Shown here: positions 47,700-58,464 of the stretch, in pieces
Layout: each line of letters opens with the position of its first letter
How positions within the stretch are numbered: the first letter of the stretch is position 1
Assembly (NCBI GenBank): GCA_010356995.1
Contig: ML996697.1
Span: forward strand, 853,793-917,792
Reading direction: 5' to 3'
DNA length: 64,000 bases
From: Trichodelitschia bisporula
Lineage: Eukaryota
The notes under the pieces: model-generated
What the model saw: the letters and a program-made list of their open reading frames with translations, nothing else
Told to the model about the DNA's origin: nothing
Databases searched by the model: none
Made by a program: the position numbers and the translations under genes

Positions 47700-50191
47700 T
47701 GTCGTTGTCGGTGGGTTCGCAGAGGACGGGATGGAGGGACAAAGCGCGAAGCTCACGGCGAGGGAAAGCGACACAGGCACGAAAAGCAAGATGCGAACGA
47801 GCGAACACCTACAACGCAGCGAAAGACGAACACGCGAGGTGGATGTACGTAGGTATAGATAGTCGGCACCCGCAATCCCCTCCCCCAAATCTTGGAGGTC
47901 CAATACTTGACGTATGCAACCACCACCGACGCCAACGGGCCTGGAATGCAGCGACCCACCCCAGCCCGTGCACCCCCTTCCTTTCCGCGTCTAAACGCTC
48001 CCCCGTGGGCGCTGACCCGTCATTGATGCTGGCCGTTGGCTCCTTCTCCCCCCCTTTCCCTCTTCTGCTCCGCTAGTGCCGCCAGAACGCGCGGGTGCAT
48101 GCACGCCATATCATTGCGCGAAAGCGCGGGGGAGGGCCGAGGGAATGAGCGGGCCGAGCCAGTATCGAGGACGACGGAGATTGGAGATGAGTTCGAGGGG
48201 AGATATGAGATGGGTACGGCTGCGTTGGAAAACGGGAGATGAGTGGCTGGGGAGACGGGGGGGTATGGGCAGCGCTGGGATAATTGTGCGATAATGCGGA
48301 ATGAGAAATGGATGGGGGCAGCGATCGTCGCTGCACTGGATACGCATAGCACGCACATGCATTTTCCAACATGATGGGATACTGCTACCCAACTGCTACC
48401 GTACCGCCCGTTGAGAGCGCACTTTCTTATCGCGGGCATGCATGCTGAAGTGTCTCCGCTGCAACCGCTGCGTCGTCGTGCGTTTGCGCATCGAGGCACG
48501 CGGCACGGGACCCGTGCTTGGTGATGCCACGAGACACACGCTACGGCTCGAGAGTGAGGGGAGCGTGGAAAGAGGAGTTTGAGGTGCCACGCGGGACCTT
48601 GATGGCGACGCGGCAAACGCACGACCGACGCTGCGGGCGCATACTTAACTGCTGCGGTCCAAGAGGTGTGGTGAAGGTGGGAACAAAAGCAGTGCCGTCG
48701 ACTTCACTTCCACATGTTATCCGGCAACGTCGCAGCCCAAGCAACGCATGCCGCCGATGATGGACGTCGCACGAACTGGCAAACTGTCGCGCATATCCTG
48801 CTCTCGAGTCTGCACCTCAGCTTATCGGGTCGGCAAGGAGCAAGAAGCAAGCAGCAAGCACGTCAAGCTACGCCCCGACGGCTCGTTTTCCTCGAGATCG
48901 CCCCGTCTCCTTTTCCACCGAGTTCCATTGGCAATCCGCCAAACTGAGATGTTTGGCGTATCTCGGAACGGAACATCCTTTGTCCGCAGTTCGCACTCAG
49001 CATATTCTCCCTCCTCGCCTCTCGATCGCTTCACCTCACAGAGTGAGGGAGCGCGACAGTCCATCGGACAGCTTCAGACCACACAGAGTCCAGGCCAGAC
49101 ACACGCATTGCTAACTGCATGTCCAGCCCGTCTCCCTTCCTTGCACAGCCGTAGTCCAGCAGCTTCAGCAGCTTCCGCAGCTCCAAGTGGTTGAAAGCCG
49201 GCATCCGCCAGGCGACCCACCGCTCTCCACCAAGCCCTAGCCCGTCCAAAACGCCGCGTTTGCTTCTCTCTCACTCCTTTTGTCCTCTCAGATGTTCAGA
49301 AACCGCGGCTGCTTACTGCTGCTTGGTTGGTTGTGGCGCACCAGCCAATGGAACGGCCCTTCTCGTAAGCGAGCGGGAGCAGCCAGGCGTCTCGGACTCA
49401 GGCGTCACGGTCTCGGGCCTCAGGCACCCATGCCTCAGGCATCACTGCCAAGCCTCCAACCACCAGGCATTGACGGTTAGCGCAGGCACTCATGAGGCAT
49501 TAACGCTTAGCGCAGGCATCCTCCAGGCAAACGCTCCCCTCACAAATCGGGCAATCAGACACGGCGAAACAAGGCATCCGCCAAGCTCCGTCACACCCGC
49601 TGCTCCCGGTCAGCGACACGTGACTCGTGAAACCGCGGACGGCGACTTGGCGCATTCCTTCCTCCCCCGGCAAACGCGCTATTCCGCTCACATCCTAGCG
49701 GCGCGGCGAGCACCCGGCCAACCAGCGTCGCGCCTCCCAGCTGCCCTCGCGCTCCCCTCGCGGTGCTCGCGGGCGCCGGCTTTAAACCACGGCCTCGCCC
49801 TTCTTCGCCCCTCCATTCTCTCTCTCGCAACACACAACCCGTCCTGTCCTCCCTCTCAGCTTCTCCCAGGCGCTGCCATCCAACACTTTTTTTTTATCCT
49901 CCCTCTTGTTCGCTCTTGAGTCTCGTTTCTTCTTTTGTTTGCTGTCTCATCAATCGCTTCTTCTTTCCATTGCTGCAATCCCTCCCTTCTCTCAACCCCC
50001 ACCATCCATCTTCCTTCATCTCTCACCCCATCCCAGCCTCGTCTTCTCGCTGGCCCCATCAACCACTCCCGCCGCCATCCATCACAGGTTACCTTCGTGC
50101 TCTACTTACCTCTAACTCTAGCGCACAGCACCCCCCAATACCACGCACAAAAACCAAACCACACCTCACCCCACACACACGCCCCATCAAA

Positions 50192-50997
50192 ATGGTCCTC
50201 AGTTACTTCGCCTCCTCACCCGTCCTCGTCCTCCCCCCCCAGCAACCAACCCACTACCTCCCCGCCTNNNNNNNNNNNNNNNNNNNNNNNNNNNNNNNNN
50301 NNNNNNNNNNNNCAACTACCTCGCCCAAGCATCCAACGCCATGGCCGGCCGCAAACGCTCCCACGACGACGCAGCCCCGGACCTCGACGACGAAGCTCCA
50401 GCCGCGCCGGTCTCCTCCCCCGACGCCCCTGCTGCAGCCACCAAGGTTGTAACATCCCGTCCTCATCTCCCAACGCGTAAATCCCAGCGCATGTCCACCG
50501 CCGCCTCCCCCACTGCTACCTCAGTCGACGAACCCATCGACCCCGCCGCCCTAGCCCTCGGGCTAGGCTGGGCGCGCCGCGACCCGTCTTCCTCGGACAG
50601 CAGCCTCAGCGCCCAAGACACATTCATCAAAAACCACTTCCCGAACATGCGGTCCCCGCGCATCACACTCTACAACCGCGGGCTGGGGTACGCAGTCGTG
50701 CTGTCCGCGCCGCATACGCCGCTCGAGCGCGCCCATTGGTGGCTGTTCGATCTCGATCTCAAGCGAGCGAGGTTTCTGTGCGAGGCGGATGGGGGGGAGG
50801 AGGGGGAGTTGCTTGCTAGGCTGGGGAATAAGGTGTGTGAGGGGGGACGGTGGGAGGGGAGGATTTTGAGTCAGGCGCCGATGCTTTTTGCGAAGCCGAC
50901 TGCTATTCCTGCGCCGACGATGACGACAACGACGACGACGACGGAGGGGATGATGGGGGGGCCGGTGAGGGGGGTGGATGCCATGGAGGTGGATTAG
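50192..50997 (+). CDS. Fungal hypothetical protein; spans an N gap at 50268-50312
   Basis: AAAATGG start, NLS-like GRKRS, and a globular C-terminal half (ALGLGW, FIKNHFP, WWLFDLDLKRARFL). Confidence 0.65.
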
Positions 50998-51959
50998 GTG
51001 CAACTGGTTTGGTCTTTCCTTCGTTCAATGTATTTTTGAGGGTGGGAGCTGGCGTTTCGTTTCGCTGGCTATATATACAAGGTAAACATTTGACCAATGC
51101 AATCACTACTACAGAAGACGAGGCTGGCGTGGACGATGCGATTGTGTGTGCGACTAGGCAGAGGAGGATGTGCGGTGGTGGTTGCGGGAATCACGTGACG
51201 CTTGACGGATCGATCGTGTGGAGCTACGCGCCGCGCTTCCGATTTACTTCCGATGAGAGTGGAGCCATTCGTTCGCAGCTGCTTCGGTCCCGGATGGTTA
51301 GTGCCCGCGCGGTTCCGTGGGTGCCGTACGGGGCCGGGAGTGATGTAAGGGCTGGGTTATGGACATGGAGCTCACGGACCTTGAGCTGGAGATGGAGCGT
51401 TTCAGTGATTAGTGATTTGGTCAATGGTCATGTGACTAGGGTCTGAGAACTGCGAGATCGGGGGCGTGAAACGGCTAGAGTAGAGTGCAGCAGGTGCCGT
51501 GAGGGACATGGCAAGGGACAGATGTGTGGGATGGGGAGCGTTGCTGATTCGGGTGTGTGGTGAGGGGGGTTAGGGCTTTGTGCGACGGGTGGTGCATGGG
51601 TTGGAAGAGAGTGAATGATTGGGAGGTTGGTGAGGGCAGGGCTGGGTTGGAGGTAGGAGGAGGAGGGAAGAGGGATGCGCTTTGTCAGGCTGGTGATGGG
51701 GTTGTTGCCCTGCTGTGGTGGGAATGGGAATTAGGATGGGAGATGGGAGTTCACCGGAAGCTGCGGTGATGGGGATGGGTGATGGTCATACGGGTTTTGC
51801 GCCTGTTTGGAGTGGGAGTGTGAGGGGGGGGAGGGGGGGTGAGGCTGGCGGGCGACGTGAGGCGAGTGCATCTCGATGGCGGGTGCTTCGCCTTGCCTTT
51901 GGATGGGAGGAGTAAGATCCGACAGCGGAGGCTTTGTCTTCACGATCAACCGTGGGACG

Positions 51960-52650
51960 GTCAGCGTCGCCTCTCTTTGATCGCGAACCAGAGTTGAGGG
52001 GGCATCTGTTGCTCGTCGACCCTGAGCAGATGATAAGGTCGATGGTGCTGGACATACCGGTAGAGGAGAGACTGCGGCGGGTTCTGCGGTTCAAGTGCGG
52101 ATCGAATACTTGCGAGGCGAGGCTGCGGGCGTGAGATCTGCTGCTCACCATTCGACTGTTCGGACCTGGCTCGGACTTCTGCGCCGAAATGTCGCTCGAG
52201 CACCGTCCTCTCAACATTTATAAAAGTGAGATAAAGCCCAACACAATCAGTGTTATCGAAAGGTCTCAAAGTTCACTTTCACAAACTCTGCAGCTCTGAA
52301 GTTCACTCTCAAAGCTTACTCTCTCCTCTACAACCTTACTTTCCCAATCGGCTTTGAGGTAGGGGTGCTTGAGGATGCATTCATCTTCTGTGTAGTAGTC
52401 TTTCTTGTAGAACGTCTTATTATAGTTAATGCCTTCTCTTTGCTCGAAGCCCTTGACAGCCCAGCGTGCTTTGTAGCGTAGCATCTCCCCGGCTGGATCT
52501 TTACGCTTCGTTAGCTCAAGAGGGGACCAACTGGGGAGATCCTACGCCACAAAGCACGCTGCGTTGTCAAAGGCTTTGAACAAAGAAAAGGCATTAACTA
52601 CAGTGTTGAGGTTTTAGAGGAGAGAGTGAGCTTTGAGACTGAACTTACGG
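51960..52650. mobile_element. Degenerate Ty1/Copia retrotransposon relic (RT and gag fragments, partly in inverted duplicate)
   Basis: The minus strand reads GEMLRYKARWAVKGFEQREGINYNKTF, matching the Copia RT motif KARLV.KGF.Q..GI.Y..TF. A plus-strand copy reads GEILRHKARCVVKGFEQRKGINY. A zinc-knuckle-like YKKDYYTEDECILKHPYLK is also present. Confidence 0.8.
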
Positions 52651-53068
52651 CTTTATATCCATTTATAATCTTCCCCGGCTTTCTGCGGGACACAACGATC
52701 GCACCCAAAGTGTTTGCCGAAGTTGCTGACGTTTCTTCGGAGTATCTGCTCCTGGGTCCCATCACATGATTGCAGCAAACATGTTAGTGCCTTGGTGCCT
52801 TGATGCCGTGATGCTGCGGTGTCTTTGAGCCTTAATGCCTTACGGCCTTTATGCCTTATCGCCTTCGGTCTTTCTGCCTTGACACCTTGATGCCTTGGAG
52901 CTTGACTGCCTTACCGCCTCGCTGCCTGCAGAGATGCCCTCCGCACCACCAAAAGTTCCGGAAGAATCGCGCCTCCGAAGCGGCGGGACAGTAACGCGTC
53001 CATTTTGATATATCCACCCCCCACCACTCCACACGCCCTCCCCTCTCCAACCTCAAAACGCCCGCAAA

Positions 53069-54850
53069 ATGCAGGCCCCAGTCGTAGTCCTCAGTACGTA
53101 TTCCCCCCTCGCAAAACCTTCCCCCCACACCGCATAGCAGACCTCCTCCCCTCCCCGCAGAGCCTACCTCCCCCTCCCCGCAGAGCCTACCTCCCCCCAC
53201 CCCGCAAAGCTAACCCCCCACAGACACCCAAGCCGGCGAGCGCCAGTTCGGCCGCAAAGCCCAACTCTCCAACATCACCGCCGCCAAAACCGTCGCCGAC
53301 ATCATCCGCTCATGCCTAGGCCCCAAGGCCATGCTCAAAATGCTGCTCGACCCCATGGGCGGCATCGTGCTCACCAACGACGGCCATGCCATCCTCCGCG
53401 AGATCGAGGTCGGGCATCCGGCTGCGAAGAGCATGATTGAGTTGAGTCGGACGCAGGATGAAGAGGTGGGGGATGGGACGACTACGGTTATCATATTGGC
53501 GGGCGAGATTCTGGCGCAGGCGCTGCCGCAGCTCGAGAGGAATATTCACCCGGTGGTCATCATTTCGGCGTTTAAGCGCGCGCTGGCGGATGCGCTGGAG
53601 ATTATTGAGCAGGTGTCGGTACCGGTCGATGTTAACGATGACAAGGCGATGATGACGCTGATTTCGTCGTCTATCGGGACGAAGTTTGTCTCGCGTTGGT
53701 CGGAACTCATGTGTGGGCTGGCGCTCAAGGCGGTGCGGACGGTCATGTGGGACAAGGGCGGGCACAAGGAGGTGGATATCAAGCGGTATGCGCGGATTGA
53801 GAAGATTCCCGGTGGGGAGATTGAGGATAGCTGTGTGCTTGACGGGGTGATGTTGAATAAGGATATCACGCATCCGAAGATGAGGAGGCGGATAGAGAAG
53901 CCGCGGATTGTGCTGCTGGATTGCACGCTGGAGTACAAGAAGGGGGAGAGTCAGACGAACATTGAGGTTACGAAGGAGGAGGATTGGAACCGCATTCTGC
54001 AGATTGAGGAGGAGCAGGTCAAGGAGATGTGCGATGCTATCATCGCTGTGAAGCCGGATCTCGTCATCACCGAGAAGGGCGTCAGCGGTACGTTCCTCGT
54101 TACTCTTCTCAACCTATCTAACGCCCCACAGATCTCGCGCAGCACTTCCTCATGAAGAACAACATCACCGCCCTCCGCCGCGTCCGCAAAACTGACAACA
54201 ACCGCATCGCCCGCGCCACGGGCGCCACCATCGTCAACGACGTCCGCAACCTCGCCGCCTCCGACGTCGGCACCGGCTGCGGGCTATTCGAAATCTCCAA
54301 AATCGGCGACGAGTACTTCACCTTCCTGACCCAGTGCACCGAGCCCCACGCCTGCACCATCATGCTCCGTGGCCCGTCCAAGGATATTCTCAACGAGGTT
54401 GAGCGCAACTTGCATGATGCTATGGGTGTGGCTCGTAATGTGCTGTTCCACCCGCGTCTCTGCCCCGGCGGCGGCGCCACCGAAATGGCCATCGCGGTGG
54501 GGCTGGAGCGCCGCGCGAAGGCGGTTGAGGGCGTGGCGCAGTGGCCGTATCGCTCGGTGGCGGAGAGCATGGAGGTTATTCCGCGGACGCTGATTCAGAA
54601 CGCGGGGTCGAGTCCTATTCGGGTGCTTACACAGCTCCGTGCGAAACACGCTGAGGGTCTGTCGACGTGGGGTATTGATGGCGATGCGGGGCGTGTTGTG
54701 GATATGACGGAGTATGGCGTGTGGGAGCCTATGGCGGTGAAGCAGCAGAGTGTCAAGACGGCGGTGGAGAGCGCGTGTCTCCTCCTGCGCGTGGATGATA
54801 TTTGTGCGGCGAAGCAGGCGCGCACTGGGGGGGGTGGTGGGGAGGAGTAG
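53069..54850 (+). CDS. CCT3: Chaperonin CCT/TRiC subunit gamma; exons 53069-53093, 53224-54087, 54132-54850
   Basis: Reads MQAPVVVL-NTQAGERQFGRKAQ, CLGPKAMLKMLLDPMGGIVLTNDG, GDGTTT, VDIKRYARIEKIPGG and CLLLRVDDI. Introns at 53094-53223 and 54088-54131. Confidence 0.96.
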
Positions 54851-54938
54851 ATAGTAGGACTGGCATTGCGAGGGTAATACAAAAACGCCTGTGAACCCCG
54901 TTCCTTTCCTGTTGCCTCGAGCTGCTTTATGAAATCCC

Positions 54939-55856
54939 TCACTTGTTGTCCTCCGCAATCACACTGCTCCCCCCGCCAAAGGCCGAACTCGTCACCCGCG
55001 TGCTAACAACGCGGCCCTGCCCGTCCAGCACAACCGTACTCACAACCTCCAGCCCCGGCAGCGGCACGTAGACCCACTGCTCCTCTGCCCCCTCGCCGCT
55101 CGCATCCCTCCGCCTTAACTTCATATCCACAGCATAATACCCCACCGCGCGCTCACTGTGCACAACCCCCTCATTATCCAGCTCCACATCCAAAATCCGC
55201 CCGTCCTGCCCAAGCACGCGGTTCGTATGCGTCCGCCCGCTGTAATCATTCACAGCGTACAGTATCCCGTGCTCCGCGTACACGCTCCGCGGTACATGCA
55301 TCCGAGCCGCGCCGCCCGCTTGTCCGACTGCGGCGGAGGGTTTGGCTCCCTTGGCTCCCGGGGGTTTCTCGAGGATGCCGACTGTGTTGTTCACGATGCT
55401 GCTGACATCCCTGCCCAGCTCCGCGATAATCGGGTTCAAGTCGATACTGCTCAGCACGTCGTCCACCATACGCACTATGTTCTCCAGCCTTGCCTCAAGC
55501 GTAACCCGCGCATCCACCTCCTGAATCAGCAGCCTAACCCGCGCAATGCTCGCCGTGACGCCCGCGTTGAACGTGAGCAGGCCGCGGACCTGCAGCGCTA
55601 AGTTGATCTTCGCAGCGATGTTGGTGACCACGAGACTGATTTCGCCGACGTGCACGCTGGCGTTGAGGAACACGTCTGGTGGGCCCAGGGCGCTGATGTT
55701 AGGCCGCGTGTTGGCGGTGCTGTAGACGGCGGAGTTGGGGTCGCCGTGTTGGTTGAGGGTGTAGTTTGTGTACCCGTACGGTGGGCTTTGCGCTATGGCG
55801 GGGAGGGCGAAGGTGAAGGGAAGGAGGAGGAGGGCGGTGAGGGGCGGGGGCTTCAT
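54939..55856 (-). CDS. Secreted protein of unknown function (305 aa), paralog of 56279-57529
   Basis: Signal peptide MKPPPLTALLLLPFTFALPAIAQ. Core PDVFLNASVHVGEISLVVTNIAAKINL...RLENIVRMVDDVLSSIDLNPII. Confidence 0.85.
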   Translation of the reverse strand: MKPPPLTALLLLPFTFALPAIAQSPPYGYTNYTLNQHGDPNSAVYSTANTRPNISALGPPDVFLNASVHVGEISLVVTNIAAKINLALQVRGLLTFNAGVTASIARVRLLIQEVDARVTLEARLENIVRMVDDVLSSIDLNPIIAELGRDVSSIVNNTVGILEKPPGAKGAKPSAAVGQAGGAARMHVPRSVYAEHGILYAVNDYSGRTHTNRVLGQDGRILDVELDNEGVVHSERAVGYYAVDMKLRRRDASGEGAEEQWVYVPLPGLEVVSTVVLDGQGRVVSTRVTSSAFGGGSSVIAEDNK

Positions 55857-56278
55857 TGCTGCGGTGCTGTGGGCGCGGGGCTGTGGGCTGCGTGAGGCTG
55901 GAAGGGCGACGGGGCGCGAGGCTGAAGGGTAACGACGGCAACGACAATGACCACGACCACAACGAGAAGCACAGCAGAAGGGAAGGAGATAAACCCCACC
56001 CCCCCCCTCACGCTCAATGCTACCGGGATAAAGCGCACGACCTCCGCCGCCCTATGGCGAAAAAAACAGGAATCCGACCTACCGCCCGCGCCGGGTAGAG
56101 TGTGCAATATCGCGTTCCCTGCCCCGCGGAGGGGAGGGGAGATATGGTATCGCGCGCGGCCGGGCGGGGTGTGTTCTTCTCCTCCTTCGGTTTCCAGTTT
56201 TCAGCTTCTACAGAACGATTGCGCTTTACTAGTTTCTAGTACGCGAATCGCTCGCTTGCTACGCACGCTACGCTCGCC

Positions 56279-57529
56279 ATGACCCGGCACTGGCTCCTCG
56301 CGCTCTTCGTCGCGGCTGCCGTCGCGCAATCTGCAACACCCACCACGCCGCCGACGCCGGCACCAGCGACACCACCAAAAGCACCAGAGACCAGTCAATC
56401 TTCGCGGCCCGCAACCGCCCAACCACCAAAGCCCCCGAACCCGAATCCGAACAACCAAAACAACCCAAAAGGAAACCCCAAGGGCCAGCCCAGGTCCCAC
56501 GGCGGCCGCGGCTCCCGCTACGAAAACGGCACGCTCTTCACGACGAACACCACGATCCCGGATGTCGACCTCAGCGTGCCGAATCTCAGCGTCAAGAAGA
56601 TCGAGCTGGACGTCGACATGCTGCAGGCGGACATCAACCTGAACGCCAACGTCGCGAATCTGGTTACCATCAACGCGGGCGTGGCGATCAGCATCGAGAA
56701 AGTGAACCTGACGATCAGCGACGTCAAGGCGGAACTCGAACTCATCGTGCGCCTGGGACACCTCGTCGACGTGGTAAACCGCGTCTTCGAGTCGCTCGAC
56801 CTGAACCCGCTCATCCTCGGCGTGCTCAACAACGTAACGCACATCGTCAACGACGTCATCGGGGCCGTCGACGGGCTGCTCGGGAGCATTGTGCAGGGCG
56901 ACAGCACGCTCAGCTTCCTCATCGACAACTTGGGGAATATCGTGCAGCAGGTGGTGGGGAGCGTGGGCGCGTCGCCCGTGTCCAGTATCGTCGGGAACTA
57001 TCAGCAGAATATGACGTACACGGGACAGTCGACGCCGTTGCAGGGCGGGTTGACGCAGAAGAGATATAGTTATGGGCCGCTGAATGCGTTGGTGGATATT
57101 GTGTTCAATACCGTTGGGCAGGTGGTGCAGGCTACGGTTGTCAAGAAGCCGGATCAGCCGGGAGGAGGGGGAGGTGCGCCGGGTGGTGGGGGAGGGGGAC
57201 AGCAGCAAGGAGGGGGACAATCGCAGCAGCAGCAGGGCGGATATGCGCCGCAACAGCAGCAACCGTATCCGCCGCAGCAGCAGGGAGCGCCACAGCAGCA
57301 AGCTGCACCGGAGCAGCAAGCAGCGCCGGAGCAACAGGCGGCACCAGAGCAACAGCAAGCAGCACCGCAGCAGCAAGCAGTGCCTCAGCAGCAGCAAGCA
57401 GCGCCTCAACAACAAGCGGGATACCCACCGCAGCAGCAGCCAGCAGCACCACAGCAGCAACAAGCCGCCCCCCCTCAGCAAGCAGCCCCGCAGGCGGCGG
57501 CCGGCAGCGCACAAGGACGGTGGTACTAA
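56279..57529 (+). CDS. Secreted protein of unknown function (416 aa) with a Q/A/P-rich repeat tail, paralog of 54939-55856
   Basis: Signal peptide MTRHWLLALFVAAAVAQ. Core PDVDLSVPNLSVKKIELDVDMLQADINL...RLGHLVDVVNRVFESLDLNPLI. C-terminal QQQAAP-type repeats. Confidence 0.88.
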   Translation: MTRHWLLALFVAAAVAQSATPTTPPTPAPATPPKAPETSQSSRPATAQPPKPPNPNPNNQNNPKGNPKGQPRSHGGRGSRYENGTLFTTNTTIPDVDLSVPNLSVKKIELDVDMLQADINLNANVANLVTINAGVAISIEKVNLTISDVKAELELIVRLGHLVDVVNRVFESLDLNPLILGVLNNVTHIVNDVIGAVDGLLGSIVQGDSTLSFLIDNLGNIVQQVVGSVGASPVSSIVGNYQQNMTYTGQSTPLQGGLTQKRYSYGPLNALVDIVFNTVGQVVQATVVKKPDQPGGGGGAPGGGGGGQQQGGGQSQQQQGGYAPQQQQPYPPQQQGAPQQQAAPEQQAAPEQQAAPEQQQAAPQQQAVPQQQQAAPQQQAGYPPQQQPAAPQQQQAAPPQQAAPQAAAGSAQGRWY

Positions 57530-58392
57530 GGGCGACTCAGGAGTTCAGGCGTTGAGACCCAGGTGCACGATAGCAATAATGCCCATATTCATACCTCGAT
57601 GCCATATCCCTCTCAATGCCATGCCGTGACGCGAATGCGACGCTCCGTCTCCGTAGAGGACCGCATTCCACGGAGGACAGGCTGCGAAACGCCTGGCCCG
57701 GGCGAGGGACGGGCCCTGTACGGGCGCTGTGCTTTCATATAGATAGATGAAGGGCTGGAACATGGAAAGGTAAGTTGATGAGGGGACGCTTTGGGCGCGG
57801 AGATGATGGCCTTTGCCGCGGGTGGAGGATGCCGTTGCCCTTGGGGTGAGGCGGCGAAAGGCTTCTCCGCTTGCGAACTTCACGCACGATATTTGCGACT
57901 CGAAGTCTGGACGCTCTACGGCGGTACTGACGAGCAATCTCTTCTGCTTTTCCTAATCGGTGCTGGGCCGCTGGAGAGGACATGACGGGAGAGTTCTGGA
58001 CAAGTGCTGAGGTGTTGCTCCTGTGTTACACCCGTCCATGCTCTATGGTCCAAGGGCTCATCAAAAAAGTTATGTCCACCCCGGCGACATGACCTCTGCC
58101 AAATTTTGGAGAGGTTGAGACATGACTTTTTCGGGTAGCCTTGGTCATAAAACCGGACGCTCTGATGACGATCTGCCCGACATGCTTCAATACTTGCATA
58201 AATCGCAACGCCATTCTAAATGAAAAGTGAAGGGATTGAACGATTGAGCCGAACCACTGAAGAGAAAATGCACTTGAATCTCTGCGCTCCGCCGAAATAG
58301 CTTGCCGTGTGCCAGCAACGAAGCAAGGCGTCTCCGCTCACGGGCAGCCCATCTCATCAGATATGCATTTTAGCAGCAATCCGTCATCAATT

Positions 58393-58464
58393 GGGCTTGT
58401 GGTTTAGTGGTATAATATCCGCTTAGCATGCGGATGGTCCCGGGTTCGATTCCCGGCGAGTCCA
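58393..58464 (+). tRNA. tRNA-Ala (anticodon AGC)
   Basis: Acceptor stem GGGCTTG/CGAGTCC-A with the G3:U70 Ala identity pair. Anticodon arm TCCGC-TTAGCAT-GCGGA. T arm CCGGG-TTCGATT-CCCGG. T-run terminator at 58481. Confidence 0.97.

Noticed and set aside
53148..53198. 23-bp tandem duplication in CCT3 intron 1 as a possible intronic snoRNA
   Set aside because: No C/D or H/ACA boxes or stem seen. Simple slippage duplication explains it.
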